A DNA stretch of 64,000 nucleotides from Okamejei kenojei (Eukaryota): positions 112,344,001 to 112,408,000 of the forward strand of contig CM069134.1 in assembly GCA_035221665.1 (NCBI GenBank), in the 5' to 3' direction. Under the pieces are notes generated by a model. That model made no database searches, was not told the origin of the DNA, and saw only the letters and a program-made list of their open reading frames with translations. Made by a program: the position numbers and the translations under genes. Below, in pieces: positions 10,495 through 24,095 of this stretch (the first letter of the stretch is position 1; every line of letters begins with the position of its first letter).

Positions 10495-11106
10495 GATACA
10501 ATTTCCTCAATTCTAACATCAATGTAGGAAAAATGAGCTATTGCAACCTTCTAGAATGCATTACAAACTTTTCAGGAACATTTTGAATATTCTGAATCTT
10601 ACATAATTTCAATTAGATACATTTATTATTAAGTGTGGTTATAACATACATTAAAATGAAAATACAGGGCATAACAGTTACTTGTATTTCTGGATGCACT
10701 TTGAGGATATGTCAAGCCCATATTTATATATTTTTTTAAATGTTACACACCTATGTTTTCTATAATAATCAGTCTTCAGTTAAATGGTGGAGGTAATTTA
10801 ACTGAATAATTTGAAAGATAATGCATGAATAACCCTTGTCTGACAAGATAGTCAAACTTGTACTGCTGCAAGTAAGAAAGGCATAATAGGTGTAAGAATT
10901 TGATGTAGATTATGGGATTTACCATGCTGTTTCCCTGTCCTATTTTAATGACATTATAATCTCAAAATGTGTTGCTATTGAATTGGGACTGGGTAAATGC
11001 TTTGAACATAGCAATCTAGGAATTAATTTACAATGGTTTTGAAATGTGGTAGTGTAGTACTTTTTAATTGATCCTGGAAAATGTCATATCCACCTATCTA
11101 AATAAA

Positions 11107-11239
11107 GTCTGAAGAAGGGTCTCAACCCGAAAAGGCCACCTATTCCTTCGCTCCATAGATGCTGCCTCACCCACTGAGTTTCTCCAGCATTTTTGTCTAC
11201 CTTCGATTTTTGCAACATTTGCAGTTCTTTCTTAAAGAG
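11107..11239 (+). mobile_element. PLE pLTR fragment starting at the hammerhead motif
   Basis: GTCTGAAGAAGGGTCTCAACCCGAAA...; 8-bp direct repeat TAAATAAA (11099-11106, 11240-11247). Confidence 0.8.
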
Positions 11240-12352
11240 TAAATAAATGTCATGGTCACATATATGTAACCAATCTTTTCAAATTAACAGTCTCACTTTC
11301 TATGTCTCATTTATCCCTTAATTAGATGACACAAGGCTTAAATTGTTGGCAGTAGCTGGTTGTTCCTTAAGAATTGTTGGTATTCATCAGCTCCCAGATA
11401 AGTCCTGGACTTGGGTGGAACCAATATTGATTTGGGATGTGCTAAGTAATGGATGTTGGTGCATCTGCCTATACCCCTCTGACGTTGGACTTCATGTGAA
11501 GTCCAACGATATAAGTCCGGCTGTACTGAGATTGCTCAGCAGTATTCTGGAAAAATCCACCTGTCTCACCCTCCTGCAGTAAATGCTGGTGCAGGACCAC
11601 AGACCTGTTCAGTTGAGTGGGTAGTTCCAGCCTGCAGATTTACAATTATTACATCTACTTTATTTAATGCAGTTTTGTTTAATTCCTATCACTAGAAAAT
11701 TTGATCACATAGTCCCAATTTTTCAGTGGTAATCATGCAGAATTAGACTTTACTGGAGTACGATCATGCTCGAAAACAAATTCCAGTAAAAGCCATGCAA
11801 TTGCAAAATTGGCTTCAGCACTTAATGTCGCGATCCACATTTTGCATTAACACTGAATGCAACTATATTTAATAAAGACATGATCTAAATTTCGCAGCAT
11901 TTGTTTTATTTACATTTTTTAATTGATTTTAGTTTTTATTTTTTTCAAGTGGTTTTTAAAAATATTATTTTATATTGCAGTTCTAAAAGATTGTAAAATG
12001 TACTTGATTTCAACAACATTAAATGTATTTGTACTGACTCAACAACATTGACAACCTATAAGAAAAAGATGAAGAGGCAAAACTCCATTGCCAACCTTGC
12101 CTCCTGTCAGAGGGTGTCTAAGGCTGGTGCTCAGTGCTATCTTCCGAGGCCTGTTATTTAATTTTGGCCTCAGTATGCCTTGCCAGATGCATCCCATCTA
12201 TGGAGGGTCAGCTACCTCAGACTGGCTCAGCCAAGAATGAGTGGGTACTGCAAGGGTGAGTCTGGATGATGGACTCAATCTGTCATGATTAACTATCAGT
12301 AAATAAAACTGACTTTTGTTTGTTCAAATGATTAAACAAACACATTCATCAT

Positions 12353-12672
12353 TAAGTACCTCATATTTTGTTTGGACAGTTTGTAACCCAGTGTGAATAT
12401 TGATTTCTCTAATTTCAAATAACCCTTGCATTCCCTCTCTCTCCGTCTTGCTAGTTTCACTGTTGTATCCCTTCATTATTACCTCTTCCACAGCCAACAT
12501 AGTTGACTCCACCTTTCTTGAGTCATCATTGCTGGCTCTGATTTGTTCTGTATCTTTAATACCTCTAGTCTCCCTCTCCCCTGACTCTAAGTCTGAAGAA
12601 AGGTCTCGATGCGAATCGTCAACTATTTTCTCCAGAAATGCTGCCTAAGTTACTCCAGCTTTTTGTGTCTAC
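12353..12672 (+). mobile_element. PLE 3'/pLTR fragment (older)
   Basis: CCTCATATTTTGTTTGGACAG...GTCTGAAGAAAGGTCTCGA...TTACTCCAGCTTTTTGTGTCT. Confidence 0.75.
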
Positions 12673-12739
12673 GTTCTTGACTAAACATGGTTAACTGAAA
12701 TAGAATGCACCAGGGGAATAGGGTCCTTGTAATCCGAGC

Positions 12740-12965
12740 ACTGTGTGGAATTCTTTGATCTAAAGCTTTTCCCAGGAATGCTTACTGAGACAAACACCAA
12801 GTGCTGCTGGAAGATCATCAACTCAGTGAAAGATGCACTTTGATATGCCTGAAACGTGTTGGTCTTCCAGTGCATGAGATGTCTGAAAGAGAATGCTGCC
12901 AACTGGCACATTTCAAACTTGCAGAACTGTGGGTGGTACATTGGAATGCAGCCAGCAGCCCTTGC
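12740..12965 (+). mobile_element. Tx1/L1-clade ORF2 C-terminal relic
   Basis: Reads LFPGMLTETNTKCCWKIINSVKDAL*YA*NVLVFQ, then after a frameshift ECCQLAHFK; recognised as a Tx1-type ORF2 C-terminus. Confidence 0.65.
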
Positions 12966-13505
12966 ACCCTTCTCCGTCCCCTGAAATGTTGTCTCCTTCT
13001 CTAACAATACTAACAACTTATCATGTGAAAATCATTGGGATGCCAGCATAAACATCTTTTTTTTAATTTGTCTTATATTGTATGCAGTCTGAGTACTCTC
13101 ATTGAGGTATAGCAGAATGTATAGCGTAACGCGACCTATTAAGTTCAGTTTATGAGGTTAAAAGCACCCCTATTAAACATTTTCTGAGCTTTTAGAATAA
13201 CATTTGATTTTTTCCTGTGAACACATGGGAATATCTCAAGTGATTATCAAATTTATGATATTTTGGGAGTGGTTTGTTAGTCTATATGTTTCTTCCTTAT
13301 CAAATTCTTCTGCGTCTTTATTTAAAACGGATCATTCAGGAACTCCAATTATTTTACTTGCCGTTTTGTTATTATCATCCTTTGTAAGTTTGCACGTTTC
13401 TTAGATCGGGAGCTCCGATTCTCACTGCTTCACAAAAGCAAAATTGGCCATCAAACGCATAGGTGAAAATACAGTGGAAGTGATGGGGAAATTTACATTA
13501 GATTA

Positions 13506-13735
13506 ATAGAGTCATAGAGTCATTGAGTGATTCAGTGTCGAAACAGGCCCTTCGCCCTAACTTACCCCACACCGGCCAACATGTCCCAGCTAACACTAGC
13601 CAGCACTCGGTCCCCTATTCCCTTCAAACCTGTCCTACCCATGTACCCATGTACCTGTCTAACTGTTTCTTAAATGTTTGGGATAGTCCCTGCCCTCAGC
13701 TACCTCCTCTGGCAGCTTGTTCCATACACCCACCC
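13506..13735 (-). mobile_element. CR1-type LINE 3' end
   Basis: (ATAGAGTC)n tail, GAAACAGGCCCTTCG 3' motif, and CTACCTCCTCTGGCAGC.TGTTCCATACACCCACC CR1 segment. Confidence 0.7.
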
Positions 13736-14329
13736 ATAACGTATGACATTTGAAGTGTGAGGATAGGACTTATGGCACACTAACTTGTAAGAATATTATA
13801 GATAGAAAGTGAAATACAGTATCAAAAATCTAAAACACTTAAACTTTGTGTCCAGTACATGCTTGTTAGATTAAACAGGAGTTCACCATCAGTCTGTAGT
13901 ATTAAATAATATCTTCAGTTGGAACTAAATGTCAGGAAGTGATGGGTAATATGCAAGTATTTTTATATTGTACATTTAGTGCTACCAATCAAAGCCTATG
14001 CATTAAAGCTCTCACATTTGGAATTCTCATAATCTATAATAAAGCCAGATAATCTCTGAAAGACATATGCACAAAATAAAAGCTAATGGAGTTAACACCC
14101 ATCTATTGATCTGGCTGGGGAATTATCAGAGTAGAATTAGGCAGAGAGAGGAAAGGAATGAACTGGCCACTGAGTTATCCAGCCATTTCAGTTGAAATCC
14201 CTGGCAATCATCATCATGTCCGAGACTTTCTTGCATGCATTTTCACGTGATATGGCATGCAACATTGCACTTCTTCAATTTTAATCTCAGACTGGACAAT
14301 GATGCTTAAAGACAATGAACAATGCTTTT

Positions 14330-14550
14330 CAGATTTTTTGTTGGCAAAGCCGCAGCCTCAGCTTTTCTAGCTGTGAAAGTGATGTTTTGGGACAGTATCT
14401 CTGCATCTCTTCAGCACCTTCTGAGTCCTGTCACTGTTTTGAACTTGCTGCTGAACTCAAGACTGGAGAGTGCCTATGCCTGGCCCAGATCAGAGATGGC
14501 TGGTTGTAACAATGGACAACGGATTCCAGAAACACACGCAACTAGCTAAA
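14330..14550 (+). mobile_element. Possible ancient RTE-like RT C-terminal relic
   Basis: RWLVVTMDNG weakly resembles the RWxGHVxRMxxxRxPK motif. Confidence 0.25.
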
Positions 14551-14774
14551 TGAACCTACTCCTCCAGGAGAATCTCACCCAGTATGCAGATCCCTCAGAT
14601 TTGTAGATGTAATTGGTTTAGACCCCGAAGCATGCATGATTAAGCTGCAATTATATACCATATTTTCTAAATAATAAATTATGATATGGTAAACTCCTTT
14701 CCATGTTTGCGTTGCTGGATGGCAATGTAAAGCAATGCAAATTGGAAAGCATCAACCTACAAAGAGATGTTAAA

Positions 14775-15745
14775 TAGAACAGAAAATGGTGAAAATAACT
14801 CAGCAGTCATGCTGCACCTGCATGTTTTCGACCCTGACATCAGCCCTGTTCCCTCAGATACTGTAACTGTTTGTAGGGTGAAAAACGAGAAGCAAGTGCG
14901 ACTTAGGTGAGGGAGGGATGCCGGGGCTACCTGAAATGAGAGAAAACAACATTCATACCGTAAGCTGCCCAAGCAAAATAGAATGTTGTTTCACCAAGTT
15001 GTGTTTAGCCTCACTCTGACAATGGAGGAGACCTAGGACAGAAAGGTCTGTGTAGTAATGGGAAGAAGAATTAAAGTGTCCAGCAACCAGGTCAGGTCGT
15101 TCAGGCGGGTTGAACGAAGATGTTCCACGAAACAACTACAGATCGCCCAGTCTACCTTTTACGAAGCGTAGAACTGGGTGATTGTTTCACGAAAACCAAG
15201 CGAAGACTGGGTGATTGTACGCGGAACCCCTTCGCTCAGCCCCGCCTGAACCTCCCGGTTGCCGGACACTTTAATTCTCCTTCCCATTGCTACACATACA
15301 TTTCTGTCCTAGGTCTCCTCCATTGTCAGAGTGGGGCTAAACGCAAATTGGAAGAACAACATCTCATATTTTCGCTTGGGCAGCTTACAGCCCAATGTAG
15401 GAGAATTGATTTCTCTCACTTCAGGTAGCCCCGGCATTCCCTCTCCCTCCCCCATCCAAGTCGCACTAGCTTCTCATTTTCATCCTACAAACGGCTAACA
15501 ATGGCCTGTTTCCTTTATCATCATTACTTTTTTGCATATCTTTTATTCATTGTTCTTTACCTCTCCACATCATCATCTATATCTCTTTGTTTCCCTTATC
15601 CCTAAACCAGTCTGAGAAAGGGTCTTGATCCGAAACGCAACTCACCCATTCCTGTCTTTCCAGAGATTTGCCTGTCCCACTGAGTTACTCCAGCTTTTTG
15701 TTTTCTATCTTCAGTTGAACCAGCATCTGATGTCCTTCCTACATA
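14775..15745. mobile_element. Head-to-head inverted PLE pair (- arm about 14775-15135, + arm about 15170-15745)
   Basis: Both arms encode the GIY-YIG C-terminus (VAGHFNS.SH.YT..SVLGLLHCQS.AK..L..QH) and run outward into pLTR sequence. Confidence 0.85.
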
Positions 15746-16668
15746 TTAGGATACCAATTTGTTTTTGTTGCCATTTGACAATATTTTCTGGAAAATTAAT
15801 CTTGCTTTAAATCAATTAATTTGACTAGTTCAGATGTTACATTTTTAATTCTATTATCATAGCCTCTGGAACAGACCAATATCTAAAGACTGCCTAAAGA
15901 ATTTTGTAAATTAGTCCAGGAGTGTAGGTAAGTGATAGAATCAGGGAAGGTGATGAGATATGTAAATTAATAAAAAATGGGTTTAACGTACTGGGATATG
16001 TGTAAGTGGGTGTTACAGACATGTGGGACAATGGACCAGTTACCAATCCCTATACTTCTAAACTCCTTACTTCAAATCTGTCTGATTGTACAGCAGCCCC
16101 ACACGTCACTGGTTTTGTGCTTCACTAGGGCGAGATTCATTAGGCTCTGATGATCGTCCATGATTAGCACAGCAAAAATACAGCAGGTGTGAGCTTTTCC
16201 CATGTAGTTCCCAACAAGAAACGTGTGACACAAGACTATTAAAGTTTTCTTTGAACATTGGAAATGATCGTACACTTCCAAATAATTTATTTTCCAATTT
16301 AATGATTTTTTGGTTCACCTGAGAGAGGGTATTAAGGAATACTATATGCTTTCTCTGAGCTGGATTTGTATAACAAGTTTGGGAACTCAAATATTGCCCG
16401 TGAAGGACCGTTCACGCAGTCAGAGCCTCTCAATTACGATACCACAAGAGCCTCTTTGTATAGATGACCATTTTTCATTGTGTTTAGGTTAAAAGCAATT
16501 TGATTTTCTTGACTGGTGCATCCAGTAAGATGTACTGCAATGGCACATGCAGTGGACCAGCTACCATTTTTGTATCATAATTCAGCTCCAACCATGACCC
16601 AGCAGATAGGGGAATATTGGAAAGGTGCTTTAGTACAATGGAGACCACAACATAGATAAGCAAATGTT

Positions 16669-17768
16669 CCACACCAGGTCATCACAAATGGCCTCATTCT
16701 TCAGAGAACGGGGATTACCCTCCCCCACTATTGATGAGGCTCGCACCAGGGTCTCCTCCATACCCCGTAACACTGCCCTCTCTCCCCATTCCCCCACTCG
16801 CAAACAGGGCAGAGTCCCCCTGGTCCTCACCTTTCACCCCACCAGCCGGCAAATACAACACATAGTCCTCCCCAGTTTCCCGCCACCCATCCAACGTGAC
16901 CCCTCCAACCGCCACATCTTCCCATCGCTCCCCCCCTGCTGCCTTCCGCAAAGACCGCGCTCCTCTGCAACTCCCTTGTCAATTCTTCCCTCCCCTCCCG
17001 CATCTACCCCTTTCCCCGGGCACTTTCCCTTGCAACCGCAAGAAATGCAACACTTGTCCCTTCACCTCCCCCCCCCCTCCACTCCTTTCAGGGACCCAAG
17101 CAGTCCTTCCAGGTCCGACAGAGGTTCACCTGCACCTCCTCCAACCATCATCTACTGCATCCGCTGCTCCAGATGCCAGATGATCTATATCGGTGAGACC
17201 AAGCGGAAGGCTTGGCGATCGTTTCGCCCGAACACCTCTCGCTCGTCTGCAAAAACGCAACCCGACCTCCCGTTAGCTCAGCACTTCAAGCTCCCCCTTC
17301 CCATTCCGTATCCGACCCCTCGTGTCCTGGGCCACCTCCACCGTGCAAGTTGAGGAACTGCAACACCCTCATATTCCGCTTGGGGAGTCTGCATCCGTTG
17401 GAGGCTTGAACATTGAATTTTCTCAATTCTGTTAACCCTTGCTGTCTCCTCCCCTTCCCCACCTCTCCTCAGCCCCGGGCCCTGGCATTCCCATCTATCT
17501 CTAATCACCCTCCCCCCACCTAGTCGCACTAGCTTCTCATTTTCACACCACATACAGCTTACAATGGCTTGTTCCCTTTATCATCGATACTTTTTTGCAT
17601 ATCTTTCATTCATTGTTCTTTATCTCTCCACATCACCGTCTATATCTCTCGTTTCCCTGATCCCTGACCAGTGTGAAGAAGGGTCTCGACCCGAAACGTC
17701 GCCTATCTCCTTCGCTCCTTAGATGCTGCTGCACCCGCTGAGTTTCTCCAGAATTTTGTGTAACCCCC
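16669..17768 (+). mobile_element. Penelope-like retroelement, 5'-truncated (RT-EN linker, GIY-YIG endonuclease, pLTR), frameshifted
   Basis: RVPLVLTFHP, FPCNRKKCNTCP, IIYCIRCSRCQMIYIGETKR; 18-bp TSD CATAGATAAGCAAATGTT (16651-16668, 17769-17786); hammerhead-like motif near 17670-17703 with the first core C mutated. Confidence 0.92.
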
Positions 17769-18149
17769 CATAGATAAGCAAATGTTATGCTTTGCAGACC
17801 TCTCAACCAGAAACTATCACTTTAAAGGCAAGCTAATTCAGTCATTCCTAAAGATGGGCTCTGCCAAGACAATGTGGTCCAAGCTCTCATGCAATATGTC
17901 AAAAAGAAGAACGCACAGAAAACAATGCTATCATATGCATCCCTAGCACAGTAATTGCATTGAAGTTGTGTGGGTGACACATGTAAGGAAATGCCTGGCT
18001 GAATCTTCTGAGTAACCGCTTTTCATTCCTGAAAAGAAATATGCTTTCAGCAGAGTTTGCTGAAATAATACTGGATTGTCCAAATGCCCCTAGGTATCTT
18101 CCTTTCAGAATGAACACCTGATTGTGCATTTGATAATAGTATTATCCAA

Positions 18150-18225
18150 TTCGATTTGATAACATGCAAAACAAAGCTTTTCACTGTACCACAGTACACA
18201 TGATAAATACAGGCCTAAACCTAAA
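18150..18225 (+). repeat. Rex1-like 3' tail
   Basis: ACATGCAAAACAAAGCTTTTCACTGTACC...ACACATGA matches the tails at 34830-34895 and 41580-41630. Confidence 0.6.
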
Positions 18226-19160
18226 ATGAGTGCCAAGAACTCAAATATGAAGAATACATTATTAAAACAACTTTCTGGAATCTGCACTACCACATTGGAC
18301 TTTTTGGTTTTACGTTCATACTAATATTTTTAAGTGTAATGTTAAATGTCTTTCCCTGTGAGCTGCAAAAGTGAACGTCCGTGTTCCCATAATTACACTT
18401 TTTATGGGTGAATCAATCACTGACATTGAAAACTCCACTGGGAAATATCTAGGTTACAAGCACGCTTTTTAAAAGATTAGTACTGTTTTTGAAGTGTGTA
18501 AAATGTTATAAAACTTAATTTGACAGAAATGTCATGAATCAAGCTACGAGCAAGTTCCCAATCATTGTTTATTGTCTCCAAAAGAACATTAATACCTCAA
18601 AGCACCAAGTGACAATATGTGCGCTCCCATGTGCTATTGCCATTTGATTAAAGTCTAAAGAGGTATGAAAAAGACTGTCCTGAAAGCTACTCCAACTGAA
18701 ACTTCAGTTACTTCAAATTACCACAATACAGTATCATTGTCTCAAAACAATCATGCTTACAAATTCCAATAAAAAAATATGTATTTTTGTACTGGTTAAA
18801 AAGTGACTTTAAATCTAACATAAACTACTCGAATTTATTTTGGAATCAGCGTAAGACTAAGAAACTTCATACTAGGATAGATCCCAATGTAACAGCCAAT
18901 TTGCAAACATTCAGTTGTTGATTTATGTGTTCTCTGTGATTTCCAGAGCCAACAAAGTCCAATTGTTGAATGCAGTCACAAATGGATAAGATATATTGGA
19001 TCCTAAACATTATTCTGTCAGCTCCCCATCAGATCAGCTGACTGGAGCTATCTGTAAACATTGTTGTAGCCCACAGAAGAGTTCTTCACATGATGTATTG
19101 CTTAAACGTGACCCTTAAAGCAACAATAATTGTTCACGACCAATGCAACATAATATAGAA

Positions 19161-19352
19161 ATAAGGAACTGCAGATGCTGGTTTTACAAAACAAGACACA
19201 AAGTGCTGAAGTAATTGTGGATCAGGCAGCATCTCTGGAGAACAAGGATAGGTGAACTTTCAGGTCAGGGGGTCCCGACCCGAAACGTTACCTATGCATG
19301 TTCTCCAGAGATGCTGCCTGGCGCTCTGCATTACTCCAGCACTTTTTGTATT
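19161..19352. mobile_element. Palindromic PLE-derived mini-element (older, core deleted)
   Basis: CAGGCAGCATCTCTGGAGAACA / TGTTCTCCAGAGATGCTGCCTG inverted arms centred near 19268. Confidence 0.8.
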
Positions 19353-20984
19353 TTTTTCAATATTACATGAATCATTTCAGCATTGTAGTCAGACTGGGTG
19401 AGGCATACTCCACCTCTGTATGTTTGTAGTCAGTAATGTGATTTTCTAGCAAGTAGTGGTGAATCAAATACTTCAAATTTAATTCCTAATGCTTTTTCCT
19501 CAATTTGCACATTGCCCTTTTCACATATGTGCAGTATTCATATGTAATTGGTTTCCCATGTTCACTGAGCACTTCCATGATTAATCATGGCTCCCAACCC
19601 AAGAGGGAAGTATTGTAAACCAGTTTTAAGAGTCAAAGACGAGTGTTTTTATTGGTTAGTTGTAGGATGCAGATGTAACTGCAGATGGCTGGTTGATTGA
19701 GGAAATGAACAAGGTGGAACATGACCTATTTTTAAATCTGTCAATTATTACATTTCTGTCAAATCAGAATTAAAAAGCACTCACATGCATCATACAATCC
19801 AACCCTTGACTCCACATGGAAAATTGTCACATCTGCTGAAACAATGTATTACCTCAAATACATTAATAATATGGAGAACATTGTTTATATATTTTAAAAT
19901 AATTTCTCCATGGACATCTTGAAAAGGAGTGAAAATCACTTTGGTGCCCCCAATGGCAAATTTAACTCGATGTCAGAACACACAAGCTTTTACGAATTAC
20001 ATGAATCACGTAGCAGAAATAGTAATCTGCCAAAATGTGGATTCATACCTTAATTATTATTATCATAAAATATTAATACGTAGTCATTCAATTATCCATG
20101 ACAAGCACCTGAATTGTAAAGCTAAATCAACAGGCTGGAAATGACCTTTATAAAAATTCAAAGCTATTATATTTGTGCAACAATCTATTTTAACAAAACA
20201 CTGCTGAACTTTCTGAGTGCTAATCTTGAAAAGGAAAATGGGCATGTATGTATTGGAAGGAACAGTGTGGTGCCTCAAAGATAAGGTCAGCAGTGGCCTG
20301 AATGTGCAGCAGTAAGGAATATTTTTATTGTTCTTGGGTCCACTTTTAAAATATAAATGTTTGACAACAGTCTCCAATTGTCCCCTAAAGTCCACCTGTT
20401 CGATCTCAGATCTACTTTTGTTCTTTAGGTAGGCTATACCAACACTAATTATTCAAGTTAACAAAACACTTCCAGAAGGAACTTTAATGGATGTTTGACT
20501 CTACTGATGTGTTTTGTCCAGATTTTTTTCTATTTCAGAATTTTTCCTTGTAAAATGTAATACTGAAAAGCCAACGAACAGTAGTATGTGTATGTTTTTT
20601 AGCTTTGTTAAATAATGGTTTGCTATTGGTAGAAATCGACAGATGATCCAATAAATCTCATAGGCTTTCCTCACATAAATTACCTCAAGGTCATTTCAGT
20701 TTTGGTCAAATTTGGAGGGTATTTAAACTCTCTCCTGCCACTGTTAAACCAAGAAACAGTTTTCACCTACTTTAAGCAACATAAATTGATTTATGTGGTG
20801 ATATGCTAAGACCACTATTTCTGGATGACTATACATCACACTGGAAATTCCAAGGAGACCTCAAGATGCATTTCATACTTACCCCTAATCCTTTCCAGTT
20901 ACTCCCACTTCCTGTCCACACTGAACAATCCCCCCAAGGTTCTCCTCGCAGCACTTCCCCCATAAATCCTGAGAATGAAGGTTC

Positions 20985-21170
20985 AATCCTCTGAACATCT
21001 GATTAATCTACCTCTATTCTACCTCATTGATGGACCCTCGGACTATTCTTGATCAGACTTTGCTGGCTACCTTGCTCTAATTGTTAATTTCCCTATCATG
21101 CATAATCTATACAACTGTGGATCGATTGTAATAATGTATTGTCGTTCACTTGTAAACTAAACTAAACTAA
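20985..21170 (+). mobile_element. Rex1-like 3' UTR fragment
   Basis: Similar to 34000-34135; ends in (AACTA)n. Confidence 0.55.
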
Positions 21171-21799
21171 TCAGATCGACCTCAAATTCCCCAATTTGTT
21201 AATTTACAAGCTCATCTGACCTGTATTCCCACAATGGTCCAATTTCCTGACAATCCATCCTTCAAATTTCATGAGCCCTTCAATCCCGAAGCACTCACCC
21301 TATGTGCACATTGACAGTGACTGATAGCCACTTCTGGTCATCCAACTTCCTACTATTTGGGTCAAACAATCTCCATAAACCTATCTTGAAACAACCTGCC
21401 AAGCCCCAAGTTCTCCTTCCTCTCTCATCAAACCCTTGGGTCTGGCTTTGGTCATAAAACATCACATTTGCCACCAGAACAAAGTGCAAAGCTGTTTCAG
21501 TGGCTCCCAGATCCTGGATATGTTACTGTTACAGGAATTTTCAATCGCAGAAACAATCATTATCACACTATTGCCATACCAACTAGCATATCCATTTGGA
21601 TGCAATAGAATTTCTAGACAATGTTAAAAAAAAAAAAAATATGTATTACGAACCATAAATCTTGCTAAAATATATCAGCAGAAATGCATGTTATGAAGTT
21701 TGATGCAGTTTACAATTTGGCTGATGGTTAGAAAAAAGCCAAAGATGAACAGACAAAAAGTGTAAGATAAGATTAGAGGTGTATATTATGAAACCAGAA

Positions 21800-22548
21800 G
21801 AAAGAATATAAGGTTGGAAGGGACAGGGGAAGGAGGAAGAAGAAATGGGTGTGAATTCAGGAGAAAGTTGGGGTGGGGGAGGCGTTGGTAGTAGGTTAGT
21901 TACCTGACATTGGAGAATACAATGTTCATACCATCAGGTTGTAAGTTACACAAGTGGAATATGAAGTGCAAATTCCAAACTCTTCCACCAGTTTGCGAGT
22001 GGCCTTGCACTGGTGATGGAGGAGGCCCAGGCCATAAAGGTCAGTATTGGAATGGGAAGAGAAGTTGAAATGGTTAGCAGCTGGGAGATTTTCCACTAGG
22101 TGGACCGAGTGTAAGTGGCGAAACGGACGCCCAGTCTACGCTTTGGTTTCGCTGATTGGGCCCCCTCTACTGGTGTTCATCATGGATTCACACCCAGTTC
22201 TCTGCTCTCCCTGTCCCCTTCTACCTACAATTCCTTCTCTGGCTTCACAATTTGCAACTCTTCTGTCCCTATCTCACACTTTCTGTCTTTCCATCTCTAG
22301 CCTTTCCCCAACCATCAACCTCTCAAAAACTCGTTCACTTGTATTCACCTATCACTGGCCAGGCTTTGTCCTGCCCCTATTTCGCTTCCTGCTTTCTCCC
22401 CCCCAATCACAATCAGTCCAAAAGAAGTGTCCCAACCCCAGAAAACGTCACCTTTTCATGTTTTCCAAGGATGGTGCCTGACCTGCTGAGTTACACCAAT
22501 ACTCTCTGTTTTTTTTTTGCAAACCATATCTCACTTCCTTGTGTCTAT
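21800..22548. mobile_element. Older head-to-head inverted PLE pair
   Basis: Minus arm 21800-22160 (GIY-YIG C-terminal region); plus arm 22170-22548 ending GAAAACGTCACC...GCTGAGTTAC. Confidence 0.65.
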
Positions 22549-23227
22549 AATATGCATCTGACTCCTTACTGAACTCCAAAATGAATGTTGTGCGACTACT
22601 TCTGATTGTAAAATTAATATTCGTATGCGACAACATTGACTGTTTGGAAAAGAAAATGCTCAGTCCTATTTATTTGAATGATTCACAAATGGTTGTCACT
22701 GAGTTTCACTCAGGAAAAAAAAAACAATTGCAATTGCATAACGTTGAAGAAACAGCATGGTGCAAATGAATCTCCAGGCAGTGTTGTATTGGAGGGATTT
22801 AAATATAACAGCAAACGAAACGAATAAGTGCCTGAAGTCACACCTTAGTTTTTTATAATCTATTTCAGTTGTAAATGGAGATGAAAGGTATAATATTTTC
22901 AGCTGGTTATACACTGGGAATAGCTACCAGCATGCATGCCACCTGTCAGTGTATTTCAGTGCACTCCCTGTCTTTGATTTTCAAGGACAATCGCCTACGG
23001 ATATTAATGGCTTGTGACATCAGCATCACGGGTTTACTAATGATCAACCTGCAGCTAACTCCAAGTAACCCTCTACATTCTGTATCCAGAACTGCAAGGG
23101 GAATACATATTCCAACCACTTTCACTCCCATTTAAAGTGTTCCGATAATTGAGGGGAGAACAACAGTGGGAGATATTGAATGAATGGACAATCTAATGTA
23201 TTACATGCTATGAAAATGAGCCACTTT

Positions 23228-24095
23228 ATAGAAACATAGAAACATAGAAAATAGGTGCAGGAGGAGGCCATTCGGCCCTTCGAGCCAGCACCCGCCATTC
23301 ATTGTGATCATGGGCTGATTGTCCGCTATCAATAACCCGTGTCTGCCTTCTCCCCATATCCCTTGACTCCACTAGCCCCTAGAGCTCTATTCAACTCTCT
23401 CTTAAATCCATCCAGTGATTTGGCCACCACTGCCCTCTGTGGCAGGGAATTCCATAAATTCACAACTCTTCTGGGTAAAAAAAGTTTTCTTCTCAGCTCA
23501 GTCTTAAATGACCTCCCCTTTATTCTAAGACTGTGGCCCCCCCTGGTTCTGGACTCACCCAACATTGGGAACAATTTTCCTGCATCTAGCTTGTCCAGTC
23601 ATTTTATAATTTTTAATATGTTTCTATAAGATCCCCCCTCATCCTTCTAAACCCCAGTGAATACAAGCCTAGTCTTTTCAATCTTTCCTCATCTGACAGT
23701 CCCGCATCCCAGGATCAATCTCGTGAACCTATCTGCACTGCCTCGATCACAAGGATGTCCTTCCTCAAATTAGGAGACCAAAACTGTACACAATACTCCA
23801 GATGTGGTCTCACCAGAGCCCTATACAACTGCAGAAGAACCTCTTTACTCCTGTACTGAAATCCTCTTGTTATGAAGGTCAACATTCCATTAGCTTTCTT
23901 CACTGCCTGCTGTAACCTGCACGTCAACTTTCAGTGACTGGTGTACAAGGACACCCAGGTCACGCTGTACCTCCCCCTTACCTCAGTTTTAAATGACCCC
24001 TTTATTCTAAGACCGTGGCCCCTGGTTCTGGACTCACCCAACATTGGGAACATTTTTCCTTTATCTAGCTTGTCCAGTCCTTTTATATGTTTCCA
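23228..24095 (-). mobile_element. CR1 LINE, 5'-truncated, with a duplicated 3' segment at its 5' end
   Basis: KKANGML.FITRG..YRSKEVLLQLYRALVRPHLEYCVQFWSP; (TTTCTATG)n tail; 23981-24090 repeats about 23495-23610. Confidence 0.92.

Noticed and set aside
17855-17950. Coding-looking frame DGLCQDNVVQALMQYVKKKNAQKTMLSYASLA
   Set aside because: Weak acceptor and donor, no recognisable homology; compatible with chance.
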